A stretch of DNA of 64,000 nt, from contig JBOEGD010000010.1 in NCBI GenBank assembly GCA_050633245.1, positions 237,866-301,865 on the forward strand, given 5' to 3'. The notes below the pieces were generated by a model. It had not been told where the DNA came from, did no database searches, and worked only from the letters and a program-made list of their open reading frames with translations. The stretch's first letter is position 1. Every line of letters starts with the position of its first letter. Position numbers and translations under genes: made by a program. This stretch comes from Calditrichia bacterium (GTDB lineage: Bacteria > Calditrichota > Calditrichia > RBG-13-44-9 > J075). Shown here piece after piece: positions 1-9,930 of this stretch.

Positions 1-899
1 CGCAGTGGAGGCAAATTTAACTGGAGTGCATTTAAGCGATGAAATAGATCTTCTCGAAACTTTCCCTGCTGAATTTCTTTTCTCAATTCGCGATTCGTCA
101 ATGCGATTATTCGAATGTCTATTTTTTTCCGTTCATGACTTCCAACCGGCATAATCTCATTATTATCAATTGCTCTCAATAGCTTGGCCTGAAGATTGAT
201 ATCGAGCTCACCTATTTCGTCCAGAATAAGTGTTCCACCATTGGCATAGGCAAAGTGGCCGGTTTTTGCCCGGCTTGCTCCCGTAAAGGCCCCCTTCATA
301 TGCCCAAAGAACTCCGAGTCAAAAAGTTGTGGTGAAATCGCAGCACAATTTACGACATGATATGGCCCCGACTTTCTGGAGCTAAACGAATGAATGTGAC
401 TTGCCAGTAAGTCTTTCCCGGTACCCGTTTCGCCACAGATCAAAACAGGTTCTTCCAGAAACGCTATTCGCTTTGCACGCTGCATTATGTTTCGCATAGC
501 GCGACTCACGGCAATAATTGGTCGGTTTGTATCGGGTTGTCCAAATTTTCGTGTTCGCGCGGCCAGAATTGTAACAATCCGTTGCGAAACTGTCTCAATC
601 AATTGATTATCAGCACTAAGGTCACCTTCGAGCTGATAGCTATTTTCATTGAGATTCGGTAACCTATGTGGACATGAAATCAGGATGATCATTTTGGGAA
701 AGTGGTTGTTTATTAATTCAACCGCACAGCGTATTGGTGAGAAAGATTCACCAACAAGCAATACTGCCAACTTACCAGATAGCGAGGCCGGTTCCAGTTC
801 CTCCAGAGAATAAAAATCTGCCTGAAAAGGATTTAGTAACTCAACATAGTCTTTTAAACTTTGACAATTCTCGGTGATGACAGCCATCCGAAATCTCAT
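1..899 (-). CDS. Sigma-54-dependent transcriptional activator (bEBP), runs off the left edge
   Basis: Not in the ORF track. Manual minus-strand translation from ATG 899 gives MRFRMAV...ICGETGTGKD (Walker A), FGHMKGAFTGA (GAFTGA loop), GTLILDEIGEL (Walker B), FREDLFHRL. Confidence 0.9.
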   Translation of the reverse strand, partial: MRFRMAVITENCQSLKDYVELLNPFQADFYSLEELEPASLSGKLAVLLVGESFSPIRCAVELINNHFPKMIILISCPHRLPNLNENSYQLEGDLSADNQLIETVSQRIVTILAARTRKFGQPDTNRPIIAVSRAMRNIMQRAKRIAFLEEPVLICGETGTGKDLLASHIHSFSSRKSGPYHVVNCAAISPQLFDSEFFGHMKGAFTGASRAKTGHFAYANGGTLILDEIGELDINLQAKLLRAIDNNEIMPVGSHERKKIDIRIIALTNRELRKEIQQGKFREDLFHRLNALQLNLPPL

Positions 900-912
900 T
901 GTTGTCTCCCTA

Positions 913-1392
913 TTACTTCCTCAGCGTAATCCAATCTGTCTTTTTTCCTTTTTTAATACCAAGTTTCTCAGGGTGAATAGCGATAACTTTTATGTTAAAA
1001 ATTGTGTCACCAACTGCACAAAAACCCGTACGCTCGTTTTCCCCTTCTACGATGGCCAACAATCCATTATCCCCCTCCATAAATCCGATGTATTGCACAT
1101 GAGGCATCCTCACTGGTGGCAGAGGCTTAGGCCGGGGCTTTTTGATACGGACCGCCTTTTTCTTTGATGGGTAAAACGGGCTTTTCACTTCAGAAATACG
1201 CCGAAGGAACGCTTCTTCACTAAGAAGTACAGGCTCGTTAATATTATTTCTCCGCAAATTATCCTGAAGAGCAACTTCCTCCTCTGTATGAACCTCCAAC
1301 CCCTGATATATCCGCAACCCCACAATTCCCCAAATAATCAGAGATGCAGTAAGCAGTAGGATCGTCGTTCCCCGCTTAACCGTTGTCCTCAT
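913..1392 (-). CDS. Membrane-anchored pilus/T2SS accessory protein (PilP/GspC-like position)
   Basis: Single N-terminal TM, Pro/Lys-rich linker, small beta domain (GDTI...KVIAI); fourth gene after secretin, PilN-like and PilO-like genes. Confidence 0.5.
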   Translation of the reverse strand: MRTTVKRGTTILLLTASLIIWGIVGLRIYQGLEVHTEEEVALQDNLRRNNINEPVLLSEEAFLRRISEVKSPFYPSKKKAVRIKKPRPKPLPPVRMPHVQYIGFMEGDNGLLAIVEGENERTGFCAVGDTIFNIKVIAIHPEKLGIKKGKKTDWITLRK

Positions 1393-1948
1393 TCTTGCCT
1401 CGTTTATGTATAATTACATCAAGATCCAGTTCGAACTTTGTCTTGACGCTGCCTTTCCTGATTATCTGCTGGGAGAATCGCCGAATCTGATAGTTACTTC
1501 CTTTCGATTCAAGTACAAAAACAAGCCTGCTCACCTGCTTGAAACTACCTGAGGCCTGAAGTTTTATCGGCAGCAGAATCAACCGGCCCCGAAGCTGCGG
1601 TTTTTCAGGCTTCAGGACAACCAACTCGACTCCGCATCTGCGAATTTCTTTGGTCAATGCTTCTATAATCTCGCCCTGATTAGTAAAGTCAGTCAGGCGC
1701 GTTTTCATAGAGTCTACCTGAGCACGCATTGTCTTATTCCTTTGCCTGAACTGTAAAATAGAATTATTCAAAACCTCAGGTGATGTCTGAAGCTCCTGTT
1801 CATTGACAACAGACTTGCGCAATTCATACAATGCATCAACCTCCCGAAGCAGTAATCTACTGCATACAAGAATGACCACAATTAGCATGCAGACAGGCCA
1901 ATAAACGTTGTATTTAGAGTATTGCAAGAACAACCTCAAAGTAGACAT
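1376..1948 (-). CDS. PilO/GspM-like assembly protein
   Basis: N-terminal TM, coiled coil, LPIKLQASGSFKQVSRLVFVLE ferredoxin-like PilO pattern. Confidence 0.7.
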   Translation of the reverse strand: MSTLRLFLQYSKYNVYWPVCMLIVVILVCSRLLLREVDALYELRKSVVNEQELQTSPEVLNNSILQFRQRNKTMRAQVDSMKTRLTDFTNQGEIIEALTKEIRRCGVELVVLKPEKPQLRGRLILLPIKLQASGSFKQVSRLVFVLESKGSNYQIRRFSQQIIRKGSVKTKFELDLDVIIHKRGKNEDNG

Positions 1949-3191
1949 ATCCGTTATGGTAGTTTTCCCGCTTGATTCTGCCGCGGAATTCCGATTTAGT
2001 AAGCAGCTGCTTTAACTCGATGCCGCTGACCATGAGAGTTGATTGGAAATTGTTTAGTAGCAATGCGACTTTCTCATCTCCTTCAGCGTATCCGGAGAAG
2101 TTCCAGCTTGCCTCCTCCCGCTCATTTATTATCTGGGAAAACCATACTCCCTTCGGCGTGATTTCGGCAAACTGCAAAAGCTGTAAAGCTGTAAAAGAAG
2201 ATGGGATCGCCAGAGAATCAAGAATATGCTTGTGCCCACGTAACTCTTGATTCGACCGTTTTAGACTCACCAGCTCGTTTTTCTGCCCTATCAAATTTAT
2301 ATTTTGGGTCTGAAGTTTCAGCTGTAGATCAGAGTAATAATAGACGGCTCCCGCAATAGCCCCATACATAATCAGTGTTAACATGCCCAGAAGCAGAATA
2401 CCGCGAAACGCGAGATACTTGATCAACACCGTTTGGTCAGCTTTTGTCACCTCACCCTGACGCAGATCTATTTCTGAGGAATCTTTGTTTAATAATGTTA
2501 GTGCAGCACCAAAGGCAGCTTGCTGTGAATCTTTCAGAGGTAAGTCATGAATCCGGCACAACGATGCGCCATATTTGTCTTGTACGCCACTTACTGCATT
2601 CTGCTCATCAAGAAGACCTAGCGTGCTCTCTTCCTTATCACTTAATATCAACTTCCAATACCCCTCAGGGCTGGATGTGCTCAAGCGGGCATCCGAAAGA
2701 GAATAATATTTTGTTAACTGATTAAGTGCATTTAATCGGCTAAACAAGTGCGATCGCTCTGTTGGTATTCCATCCGGGAATTTCGCCAGGCTTCCCAAGC
2801 GCCAAAAGGTTATCAGATCAGTTTCTTTATTCAGAAGCACCTTAATGAAATCAATGTCTGGCTGCTCATCGACCGAAGCACCTCCCAATTTCATTTCCTC
2901 TTCAGACATATTACCCGAAAGCATATAATGCGTAGCCGATGAGGGCGCGAGAACAGCAATATGAGCGACGTTTCTAAGAAATTCGTCCAGCTTTTGTTCT
3001 TTAAATTCGGCCAAAGAAATGCAATAACAACGCTGCTTCACGATACAAAATCCACTGAATGTCTTTCTCAGTGTTACAATGCAAATCTCTGAATCAGTTG
3101 CGTCGATTCCAACAAACAGATCACCGGGAAATGACACCTCTTTCAGGAAACTTAAGGTCTTTTCTACAAACTCCGTGAGTTGCTCCCTCAT
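1914..3191 (-). CDS. PilN/GspL-like assembly protein with degenerate PilM-like N-terminus
   Basis: VGIDAT near N-terminus, central TM, coiled coil, TPKGVWFSQI...FSGYA PilN-like C-terminus; start at MREQL chosen (overlaps secretin stop). Confidence 0.6.
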   Translation of the reverse strand: MREQLTEFVEKTLSFLKEVSFPGDLFVGIDATDSEICIVTLRKTFSGFCIVKQRCYCISLAEFKEQKLDEFLRNVAHIAVLAPSSATHYMLSGNMSEEEMKLGGASVDEQPDIDFIKVLLNKETDLITFWRLGSLAKFPDGIPTERSHLFSRLNALNQLTKYYSLSDARLSTSSPEGYWKLILSDKEESTLGLLDEQNAVSGVQDKYGASLCRIHDLPLKDSQQAAFGAALTLLNKDSSEIDLRQGEVTKADQTVLIKYLAFRGILLLGMLTLIMYGAIAGAVYYYSDLQLKLQTQNINLIGQKNELVSLKRSNQELRGHKHILDSLAIPSSFTALQLLQFAEITPKGVWFSQIINEREEASWNFSGYAEGDEKVALLLNNFQSTLMVSGIELKQLLTKSEFRGRIKRENYHNGYVYFEVVLAIL

Positions 3192-5065
3192 TGCCTCTCC
3201 CCTCCCGGCAACCAATCTTCTGTATACAAAAGGTGAGGTGTTACGTAAATAATTAACTCACTTTTGGCTTTTGTTCTGCTGGTATTGCTAAACAGCTTTC
3301 CAAGCAGTGGAATGCGGCCAAGCAAGGGCACCCGGCTGACACTTTCAGAATCGATTTCCTGAATTAATCCGCCCAGGACAATCGTCTCCCCATCGCGGAG
3401 ACGAACAGTTGAGCTTAGACTGCGACTCTGAATATTGGGTGGCAAACTCGGGTCGAGTTGTTCGCCGGGTGTATTGAACTCAGGATAAATTTCAACAGTG
3501 ATTTCCCCTGACGCACTTACCCAGGGAGTTACCTTAAGCGAAATATTTATTTCAATAGTTTGAAATCGTTCCGTCGTTTGTAGAAAGACTTGTGATGGGT
3601 CGCGAAGTGGTGTTTCGGAAATGAGTTTATAGTATTGAGTTTCTCCAACCTTCAGCTCAGCACTATGGCCATTAAGAGTAGATATTTGCGGGCGAGAGCG
3701 AACTTTGGCTTTGCCGGCACTTTCCATTGCACGAACCCGCAAATAAAAGTCCTCCGGAAGCTTACCAATGTTCACTCCCGTGAGAGCCTTATCGAGTTTC
3801 CCCAAATACTTGTTCGCGACCGAACCATTCCAGAGGAAGTCGATACCTGGAATCCAACCGTCTCCCCTTGCACGCGTAGAGTCGCCATAATCTAGCCCGG
3901 CCTGCACTGAGAACTCATAACTATCCGAGACGGTATAGTCCACCACAAGCGCTTCAAAAAACACTTGTGGTATCGGATTATCAATTTCCTTAAGAATATT
4001 CTTAATTTGCATAATGACATCAGGAGAGCCGTTTACCAGCAACGCATTATGTTCGGGTACAACCTTTATGTCTGATGATGCCGTTACCTTATTCGGTAAA
4101 CGTTCGATAACACCATCAACTTTGAGATGATTCAGCCGAAAAAGCCGAGATGTTTGCATGCTCCGTGCATCATTCTTGGCAATAAGATACAGGTTTTTCT
4201 TGCGTCGCCAACTAAAACCCGTTTCCAAAAGTACTGTTTGCAGGCATTCCTCCAGAGTCGCGTCGGTCAGGTTGAGAGTAAGGGAGCCCTGGGGCTCACC
4301 GATAATCGACAGGCTTGCTTTTTCTGTTGAAGCCAATTCACTGAGCACTTTTGCAATTGGAACCTTTTGCGCCTGGATACTTATTCGCCCATCTTTCTTC
4401 TGAACCCATAACCCCCTACCCGGCTCTTTTTTGTCGATAAACATCCGCTCTATCAACCAGGCTTTTCCGTTGCGATTTAAGCGTAATCCATTCGTGCGCA
4501 TGAGAAGAGTTAATCCCTCTTCAAAGGGTAAGTTGGTAATCTTTCCGCTGATTGAACCGCTAATAGATTGGTCCGCAAGAATGGTATATCCGGTAGAATC
4601 TGCTAATCTCGCCAACACCAACTTTAGTGGCTCATCATCTACATCCACAGACAAATGTTCATTTCGCCAGTTGATTTTGCAGTTCGGTTCAGGTATCGGT
4701 TGTATTTCCGGCATAACGGTTAAGACACCGTTTTCAAACTCGAGTTGCAATCCATGCCGTTTGGCGATGTGAGTAAGCACATCAATAATCCGAACGTCTG
4801 TTAACTGCGTCGTAATCTTTGCAGCAACCTCCGGACTTACAAATACGTTCAGATGATACTGTTTGGCAATTCCGCGAATGACATCTCGAATATCAGTACT
4901 GCGGAAATCCACTGACTTGATTTTCTCGAAGTACGCTGCCGGCACACCAGACAAACTGCTATCGGCAAGGCTGTCCGCCTCACCAAATGCAGATGCGCGT
5001 CCCAGAAAGAGTAGAATCAAAGATAAAATCACTAAGAATTTTAGACGCATGGCAAGTGGGCTCAT
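3188..5065 (-). CDS. Secretin (GspD/PilQ family) with repeated STN-like N-domains
   Basis: Signal peptide; QVFFEALVVD, RPQISTLNGHSAELKVG, VRLRDGETIVLGGL, VPLLGRIPLLGKLF, ELIIYVTP secretin motifs. Confidence 0.93.
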   Translation of the reverse strand: MSPLAMRLKFLVILSLILLFLGRASAFGEADSLADSSLSGVPAAYFEKIKSVDFRSTDIRDVIRGIAKQYHLNVFVSPEVAAKITTQLTDVRIIDVLTHIAKRHGLQLEFENGVLTVMPEIQPIPEPNCKINWRNEHLSVDVDDEPLKLVLARLADSTGYTILADQSISGSISGKITNLPFEEGLTLLMRTNGLRLNRNGKAWLIERMFIDKKEPGRGLWVQKKDGRISIQAQKVPIAKVLSELASTEKASLSIIGEPQGSLTLNLTDATLEECLQTVLLETGFSWRRKKNLYLIAKNDARSMQTSRLFRLNHLKVDGVIERLPNKVTASSDIKVVPEHNALLVNGSPDVIMQIKNILKEIDNPIPQVFFEALVVDYTVSDSYEFSVQAGLDYGDSTRARGDGWIPGIDFLWNGSVANKYLGKLDKALTGVNIGKLPEDFYLRVRAMESAGKAKVRSRPQISTLNGHSAELKVGETQYYKLISETPLRDPSQVFLQTTERFQTIEINISLKVTPWVSASGEITVEIYPEFNTPGEQLDPSLPPNIQSRSLSSTVRLRDGETIVLGGLIQEIDSESVSRVPLLGRIPLLGKLFSNTSRTKAKSELIIYVTPHLLYTEDWLPGGERQ

Positions 5066-5233
5066 TTTCTTTTCATAATCTTTTATGTTGAGGCGAATAA
5101 CTGTTCAGTTAGTTTTATGTTATTGAACTTCTAATACTCGTTTCAATCTGATATTCTTATAAACGATGAAAATTCTCAAAAAAAATTTCAAAAAATTAAA
5201 AAAAAGTTTGACTTTTAGAAAAAAATCAAACAT

Positions 5234-5674
5234 ATGTTAAATATGAACATTTTTTCCAAACATGCGCTGGGCAGTAAAATAAAATTGGTTATCAAAAATT
5301 CTCCGTTTACGCAGAAAGTATTAGCGAAGGACTTAAAGATAACTGAAACGACCCTTTCAAACTATGTAGCAGGCAGGCGGCTCCCGGACGCTCAGCTAGT
5401 TGCAGGTTTGGCAAAACTCTGCAATGTCAGTTTAAATTGGCTATTGCTAGGAGAAGGCGACATGTCATTGGAGAAATCGATCCACCCAGCACCGCACCAG
5501 GAATTTATCGAGCAGTTAAAGGAAGAGGTAGAAATGCTTCGCGCTCAAAACAATCAGCTATTAGAGCAGCTAATTAATTTGACATCGACGAGCAGTAAAC
5601 AGGATAACAAACTCAAGACTCTTGAAAAAGATGTTCAGATCATAAAGCAGAAGCTTGATAATGAAGATACTTAG
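5234..5674 (+). CDS. XRE-family HTH transcriptional regulator with C-terminal coiled coil
   Basis: TQKVLAKDLKITETTLSNYVAGRRLP...VSLNWLLLGEG. Confidence 0.88.
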   Translation: MLNMNIFSKHALGSKIKLVIKNSPFTQKVLAKDLKITETTLSNYVAGRRLPDAQLVAGLAKLCNVSLNWLLLGEGDMSLEKSIHPAPHQEFIEQLKEEVEMLRAQNNQLLEQLINLTSTSSKQDNKLKTLEKDVQIIKQKLDNEDT

Positions 5675-7019
5675 GGCTAAGCAGTCTTTGAATGACAAAG
5701 GTTCTGCGCTTAATGCAGTTCTAATGCTTTCATTGCTTGTAAGCCTCACGCTACTAATTTTTCTTAGTGTGTATGTCCGACAGTTTCACTTTGCAAATTC
5801 GACTCTTCGAGGAACCCAAGCGCACTATCATGCGGAAAGCGGCATCATTGAATGGCTTCATGCAATGGAAAATTATCAGACAGGCTCCCAGCAAAACACA
5901 TTACAATCGACTCTTCTGCTATCATGTGGAGACAGCATTGCAATATCCTCACTGCGCTGGGGAGTCTTTCAACGGGTTTATTCTCGCGAGCATAAAAATG
6001 CCAACGGCATTCGCGCTACAATTGGCTACGCATATGCCAAGCAATTTAATGCCAGTTTGATTGTCCAACCTCTCAATCAGTCGCTGATAGTCTGTGAGGA
6101 TACACGACTTTACGATCGTGTTATCTGCGGACCACAAGGAGTTCGCGCACAACGCTTGCAAGGTGTACCCTATTCCGGAGAAAAACCTGTATATGGCAAA
6201 CTTTATAAATCTACCCTGGATCATCGCCCAAAAGTCCGTCATCAACAACTAAAAGATATTGTGCGGCATTATCGTAAGGGCATTTCAGATTGGCAACACA
6301 TACAGCTACAAAAGAATGCCATAAGCCCCGAGAATGTCATTCAACTACCTCAATCCAAGGTGCTATATAAGACGGATCAACTTATTGATTCAAAATCTCC
6401 TTTAACCATTATAGGCCCCGGGAAATTGCTGGTTACAGACGCTTCATTTTTTGAGCAAAAATTAAAGATAAGAAATGAGGTTGAGGTTTTGATTTCAGCA
6501 AGATGTCGAATTGGTTCCAACGTTGAATTACAGAACGTTATACTCTTCTCGACACTGCCATTAAGTCTTAAAGATGTACAAGCGAGCCAGCTCCAGATTA
6601 TCTCAACAAATGAGGTAATAGTTGAAGGAAACAGCTCTCTCGGTGAAAATTCGGTTGTACTTTCAATTCCTGATGAAGATGGAATCGGTATTTCAATTCG
6701 TGATCGAGTTGCTATTTCGGGAAGCGTATGCCTGGTAAATAGCAATAACAATCCGGCTGCTTGGAACAACACTATCCAGATTACGCGGAATGCAAGGGTA
6801 GAAGGACTGGTCTTCAGCGACTGGCTATTAAATTTGGGAGGAACAGTAAATGGATGCACTATAGCTAGTCGCTTTCATTTTTATAAATCACCTACTCACT
6901 TCTATAACTGGATTCGCAACGCCACTATTCGTCAAAGCTCCGAAGCTCTTAGCGGTATTCCTCTTTTTTTCGATTTACCGGACAGCAATCGCGCCGTTGT
7001 TTACCGGGAGGAATTATGA
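5655..7019 (+). CDS. PilX/GspK-like minor pilin with beta-helix-like C-terminus
   Basis: KGSAL-hydrophobic helix, QAHYHAESG PilX-type motif; precedes two prepilins. Confidence 0.55.
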   Translation: MIMKILRAKQSLNDKGSALNAVLMLSLLVSLTLLIFLSVYVRQFHFANSTLRGTQAHYHAESGIIEWLHAMENYQTGSQQNTLQSTLLLSCGDSIAISSLRWGVFQRVYSREHKNANGIRATIGYAYAKQFNASLIVQPLNQSLIVCEDTRLYDRVICGPQGVRAQRLQGVPYSGEKPVYGKLYKSTLDHRPKVRHQQLKDIVRHYRKGISDWQHIQLQKNAISPENVIQLPQSKVLYKTDQLIDSKSPLTIIGPGKLLVTDASFFEQKLKIRNEVEVLISARCRIGSNVELQNVILFSTLPLSLKDVQASQLQIISTNEVIVEGNSSLGENSVVLSIPDEDGIGISIRDRVAISGSVCLVNSNNNPAAWNNTIQITRNARVEGLVFSDWLLNLGGTVNGCTIASRFHFYKSPTHFYNWIRNATIRQSSEALSGIPLFFDLPDSNRAVVYREEL

Positions 7020-7372
7020 CCCTGCAAGATGAAAAAGGATACACTCTGATAGAGGTACTTACAGCGTTGGTATTGCTCTTCCTGATACTCACCCCAACCA
7101 CTTACGTAATTACCAAGCTAATAACCGGTGCTGATATCGAGGATAGAAGAAATGCCAATATTATTTGTATCAATACCGCAGAGAAGGCTCTCCTAATGGG
7201 CGAGACCGGCTCTGCTGAGGAGAACTATCTGTTCAAGGGCAGGCGCTATCAAATTCGGAAGAAGCTGGAATCAAAGAGAGAAGGCTTGCAGCTTTTCTCT
7301 GTGACCGTCTCGCGCCATAAGCGCATACTAAGTGAACTACACCACGTCTTACCTGCTTTGGAGGAGCGATAG
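7016..7372 (+). CDS. Prepilin-type N-terminal cleavage/methylation protein (minor pilin/pseudopilin)
   Basis: KG/YTLIEVL class III signal with E5. Confidence 0.85.
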   Translation: MTLQDEKGYTLIEVLTALVLLFLILTPTTYVITKLITGADIEDRRNANIICINTAEKALLMGETGSAEENYLFKGRRYQIRKKLESKREGLQLFSVTVSRHKRILSELHHVLPALEER

Positions 7373-7893
7373 TGAACTCGTTATTAATTGAGTATCAGAA
7401 TCATCCGATCAGAAATGAAAAGGGGTATACGCTAATCGAACTTTTAATCGCTATGCAGCTCGCAATGATGATAATCGGCCTTGCTGTTTGGGGATATGGG
7501 TTTACGACAAAAGTTTTAAATAAGTGGCAACAGAATGTTGTAAGTCAAATTGAACTGATCCGCCTTGAAAATTCAATTCGTATTCCTTTAAATCGTATTC
7601 TGATAATTAAGCAAGCAGATGAACGTTTCCTGGCCGGCCAAACGTGCGACGGATCAAAAATTATAATTAAACACGATACCTCAAGTTTGCAATTTAACAG
7701 CAAAGTTATTACGGGAATAAAGAAGCATAGAATACGCTATCATCTCGGAAACAATAATGACATCACTATGGTGGAAAGTGTTCCAAAAGCCTGGTTAAAA
7801 CACATTCGGGCCATAGAAGTTGAGTTGCATCCTACTTTAGAAAACGCAAAGCCCATTCGTTTCTTACAGAGAATAAAATGGGGTAAAATTTAA
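7372..7893 (+). CDS. Prepilin-type N-terminal cleavage/methylation protein (PilW/GspJ-like)
   Basis: KG/YTLIELLIA class III signal with E5. Confidence 0.85.
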   Translation: MNSLLIEYQNHPIRNEKGYTLIELLIAMQLAMMIIGLAVWGYGFTTKVLNKWQQNVVSQIELIRLENSIRIPLNRILIIKQADERFLAGQTCDGSKIIIKHDTSSLQFNSKVITGIKKHRIRYHLGNNNDITMVESVPKAWLKHIRAIEVELHPTLENAKPIRFLQRIKWGKI

Positions 7894-8666
7894 AAAAAGC
7901 CAAGTATATGCAACAACTCAGACTCACTGGGGAACAAAAGTAATATTGTGGATGCGCACAAAAAACTTCCGAACGGTAGTTCATTATTTATTCTCTTCTT
8001 GTCATATAGATAGGTAAGCCCAGCATATAACAGTCCCAGAGTTGATGCTAAAAAAAGCGATGCTAAGAAACCAGATATTCCCAGCGCCATTCCGATAACC
8101 ATGCCCAATTTCACATCACCTAAACCCATGCTCTCACGACCCAAACAATAATTTCCTACTCGCCTTATCAGTAGTAGTAATGCTGAAGCCATGAAGCCAT
8201 CTAATAAACGTACCGCAAACTGATCTTCGACAAACCCCTGAATCAACAAGATGACGCCTGCCGTCGCTACCAGAAAATTCGGGATTCTATAGTGTTGCCA
8301 ATCAATCACGAGAATCGTAGCGAGGACTGAACCAATAATCAGAACCGACAAGGCCTGCAAGGAGAATCCAAAATAAATCACAGTGATGGTAAAGAACATG
8401 CCGGAAAAGAGTTCAACGAGAGGATATTGAACTGAGATTTTCGATCTGCAGCTTGCACATCGCCTACCGAGTAAAAAATAACTCAAAATAGGAATGTTAT
8501 GGAATGCCGAAATAGCATGGGTACATACCGGACAATAAGATCGCCTCGGATTCAGTAACGAAATCCCACGAGGAATGCGATAGATACAGCTATTTAAAAA
8601 ACTGCCAATCAGCAGTCCTAAAATAGCAACAGATAAGAGGATAAGTTCAGGCGCGACTTTAGACAT
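7890..8666 (-). CDS. pilD: Prepilin peptidase/N-methyltransferase (A24)
   Basis: GSFLN, RSYCPVC, RCASC, IDW, MGLGDVKL, PFGSFL motifs. Confidence 0.95.
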   Translation of the reverse strand: MSKVAPELILLSVAILGLLIGSFLNSCIYRIPRGISLLNPRRSYCPVCTHAISAFHNIPILSYFLLGRRCASCRSKISVQYPLVELFSGMFFTITVIYFGFSLQALSVLIIGSVLATILVIDWQHYRIPNFLVATAGVILLIQGFVEDQFAVRLLDGFMASALLLLIRRVGNYCLGRESMGLGDVKLGMVIGMALGISGFLASLFLASTLGLLYAGLTYLYDKKRINNELPFGSFLCASTILLLFPSESELLHILGFF

Positions 8667-8755
8667 TATGCGAACTCCGGCTGGTGACCAACGACTTTTT
8701 AGTCTCTGTACCGGTATATTCGCAGGAACGAAAGAAATTTTGAAAATTAGCGAAA

Positions 8756-9928
8756 TTAGTAATAGCGTTTTTTGCCAGAACGGCTTAACACTGCAACCAA
8801 CTGGCGTAAACTATCAATATTATGTGCCGGGGCAAAGACATCGATATACGGCATTGCTGCAGCCATTCCCTGCACGGTTGGCTGGAAGGCAGGATTTCCC
8901 GCGAGTGGGTTTAGCCAGATGATCCGCGCAGCCTTTTTTTGCAAAAAAGCCATGTTCTCTGCAAGGATTTCTGTTTCTCCGGTATCCCAGCCATCACTTA
9001 AAATGAGCACGATTGTACGGTCATCTATTAATCGAGGACTATAACTCTCGTTAAATTCGCGCAAAGATTCTCCAATACGCGTTCCACCAGACCATCCGGG
9101 GATTCGCTCCAACGCATCAAGCGCAGATCGCAATCCATCAGTTTGCAGTAAATCGGTAATCTGATAGAGCTTTGAGCTAAAGACGAATGTTTCCATTTGG
9201 CGAAAAACAGTTTGAAAGGCATACATAAATTGGATTAGAAACTTGCTATACAGATCCATGGATTTACTGACATCACACAGCACGACCAACCGAAAGCGAT
9301 GAATCTTGCGACGCCTGAAGGCCAAGTCGAATATATCACCTCCGCGACGCAAGTTAGTGCGAATGGTTCGTTTGATGTCCAGCCTACCATGCTGTCTCTT
9401 TTCATAGCGACGATTGTAGCGGTTCGCCAACGAACGGGCGATTACGGCAATAAGCTTCATGACTTCCTGCAGCTCATCCTCACTGAAAGTGCTGAAGTCC
9501 CGTTTGGTCAACACCTCAGCCGGGCTATAGGCAGCCATTTCTTCAATATCCTGCGCCTTGTTGCCGTATAACCAGTTTTGCAGGCTCTTTAAAGATGGTT
9601 TTGGCGGTGCAGCCTGGTTGTCATCCTGCCGTGTTTCCGTTTCATCCTGTACTATCTTGGAGTCCTTAGCACAATCGTATTCTTGCCAGTACGCCCCGTA
9701 TAGTTCGTCAAAACGCAGTAGATCGGCTCGGCCTTTTACCAAAACGGTTCGCAGCGTAAGACGCAGGTTTTCACGGGAATCGAATGGCATAACGCACAGT
9801 GCTTCAAGAGCATCCACTTCATCCTGCGGGCCAAGAGGCATGCCCCTGACACGTAAAAATCGGCAAAGTGAAATGACCGTTTCGCTTAGAGAGGTTTTGC
9901 GCATAATAACATCATCGATACGCTGCAT
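8756..9928 (-). CDS. coxE: CoxE-like VWA domain protein
   Basis: LCDVSKSM, WSGGTRIG, LSDGWDTG, WLNPL motifs; follows MoxR ATPase. Confidence 0.9.
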   Translation of the reverse strand: MQRIDDVIMRKTSLSETVISLCRFLRVRGMPLGPQDEVDALEALCVMPFDSRENLRLTLRTVLVKGRADLLRFDELYGAYWQEYDCAKDSKIVQDETETRQDDNQAAPPKPSLKSLQNWLYGNKAQDIEEMAAYSPAEVLTKRDFSTFSEDELQEVMKLIAVIARSLANRYNRRYEKRQHGRLDIKRTIRTNLRRGGDIFDLAFRRRKIHRFRLVVLCDVSKSMDLYSKFLIQFMYAFQTVFRQMETFVFSSKLYQITDLLQTDGLRSALDALERIPGWSGGTRIGESLREFNESYSPRLIDDRTIVLILSDGWDTGETEILAENMAFLQKKAARIIWLNPLAGNPAFQPTVQGMAAAMPYIDVFAPAHNIDSLRQLVAVLSRSGKKRYY

Positions 9929-9930
9929 GC

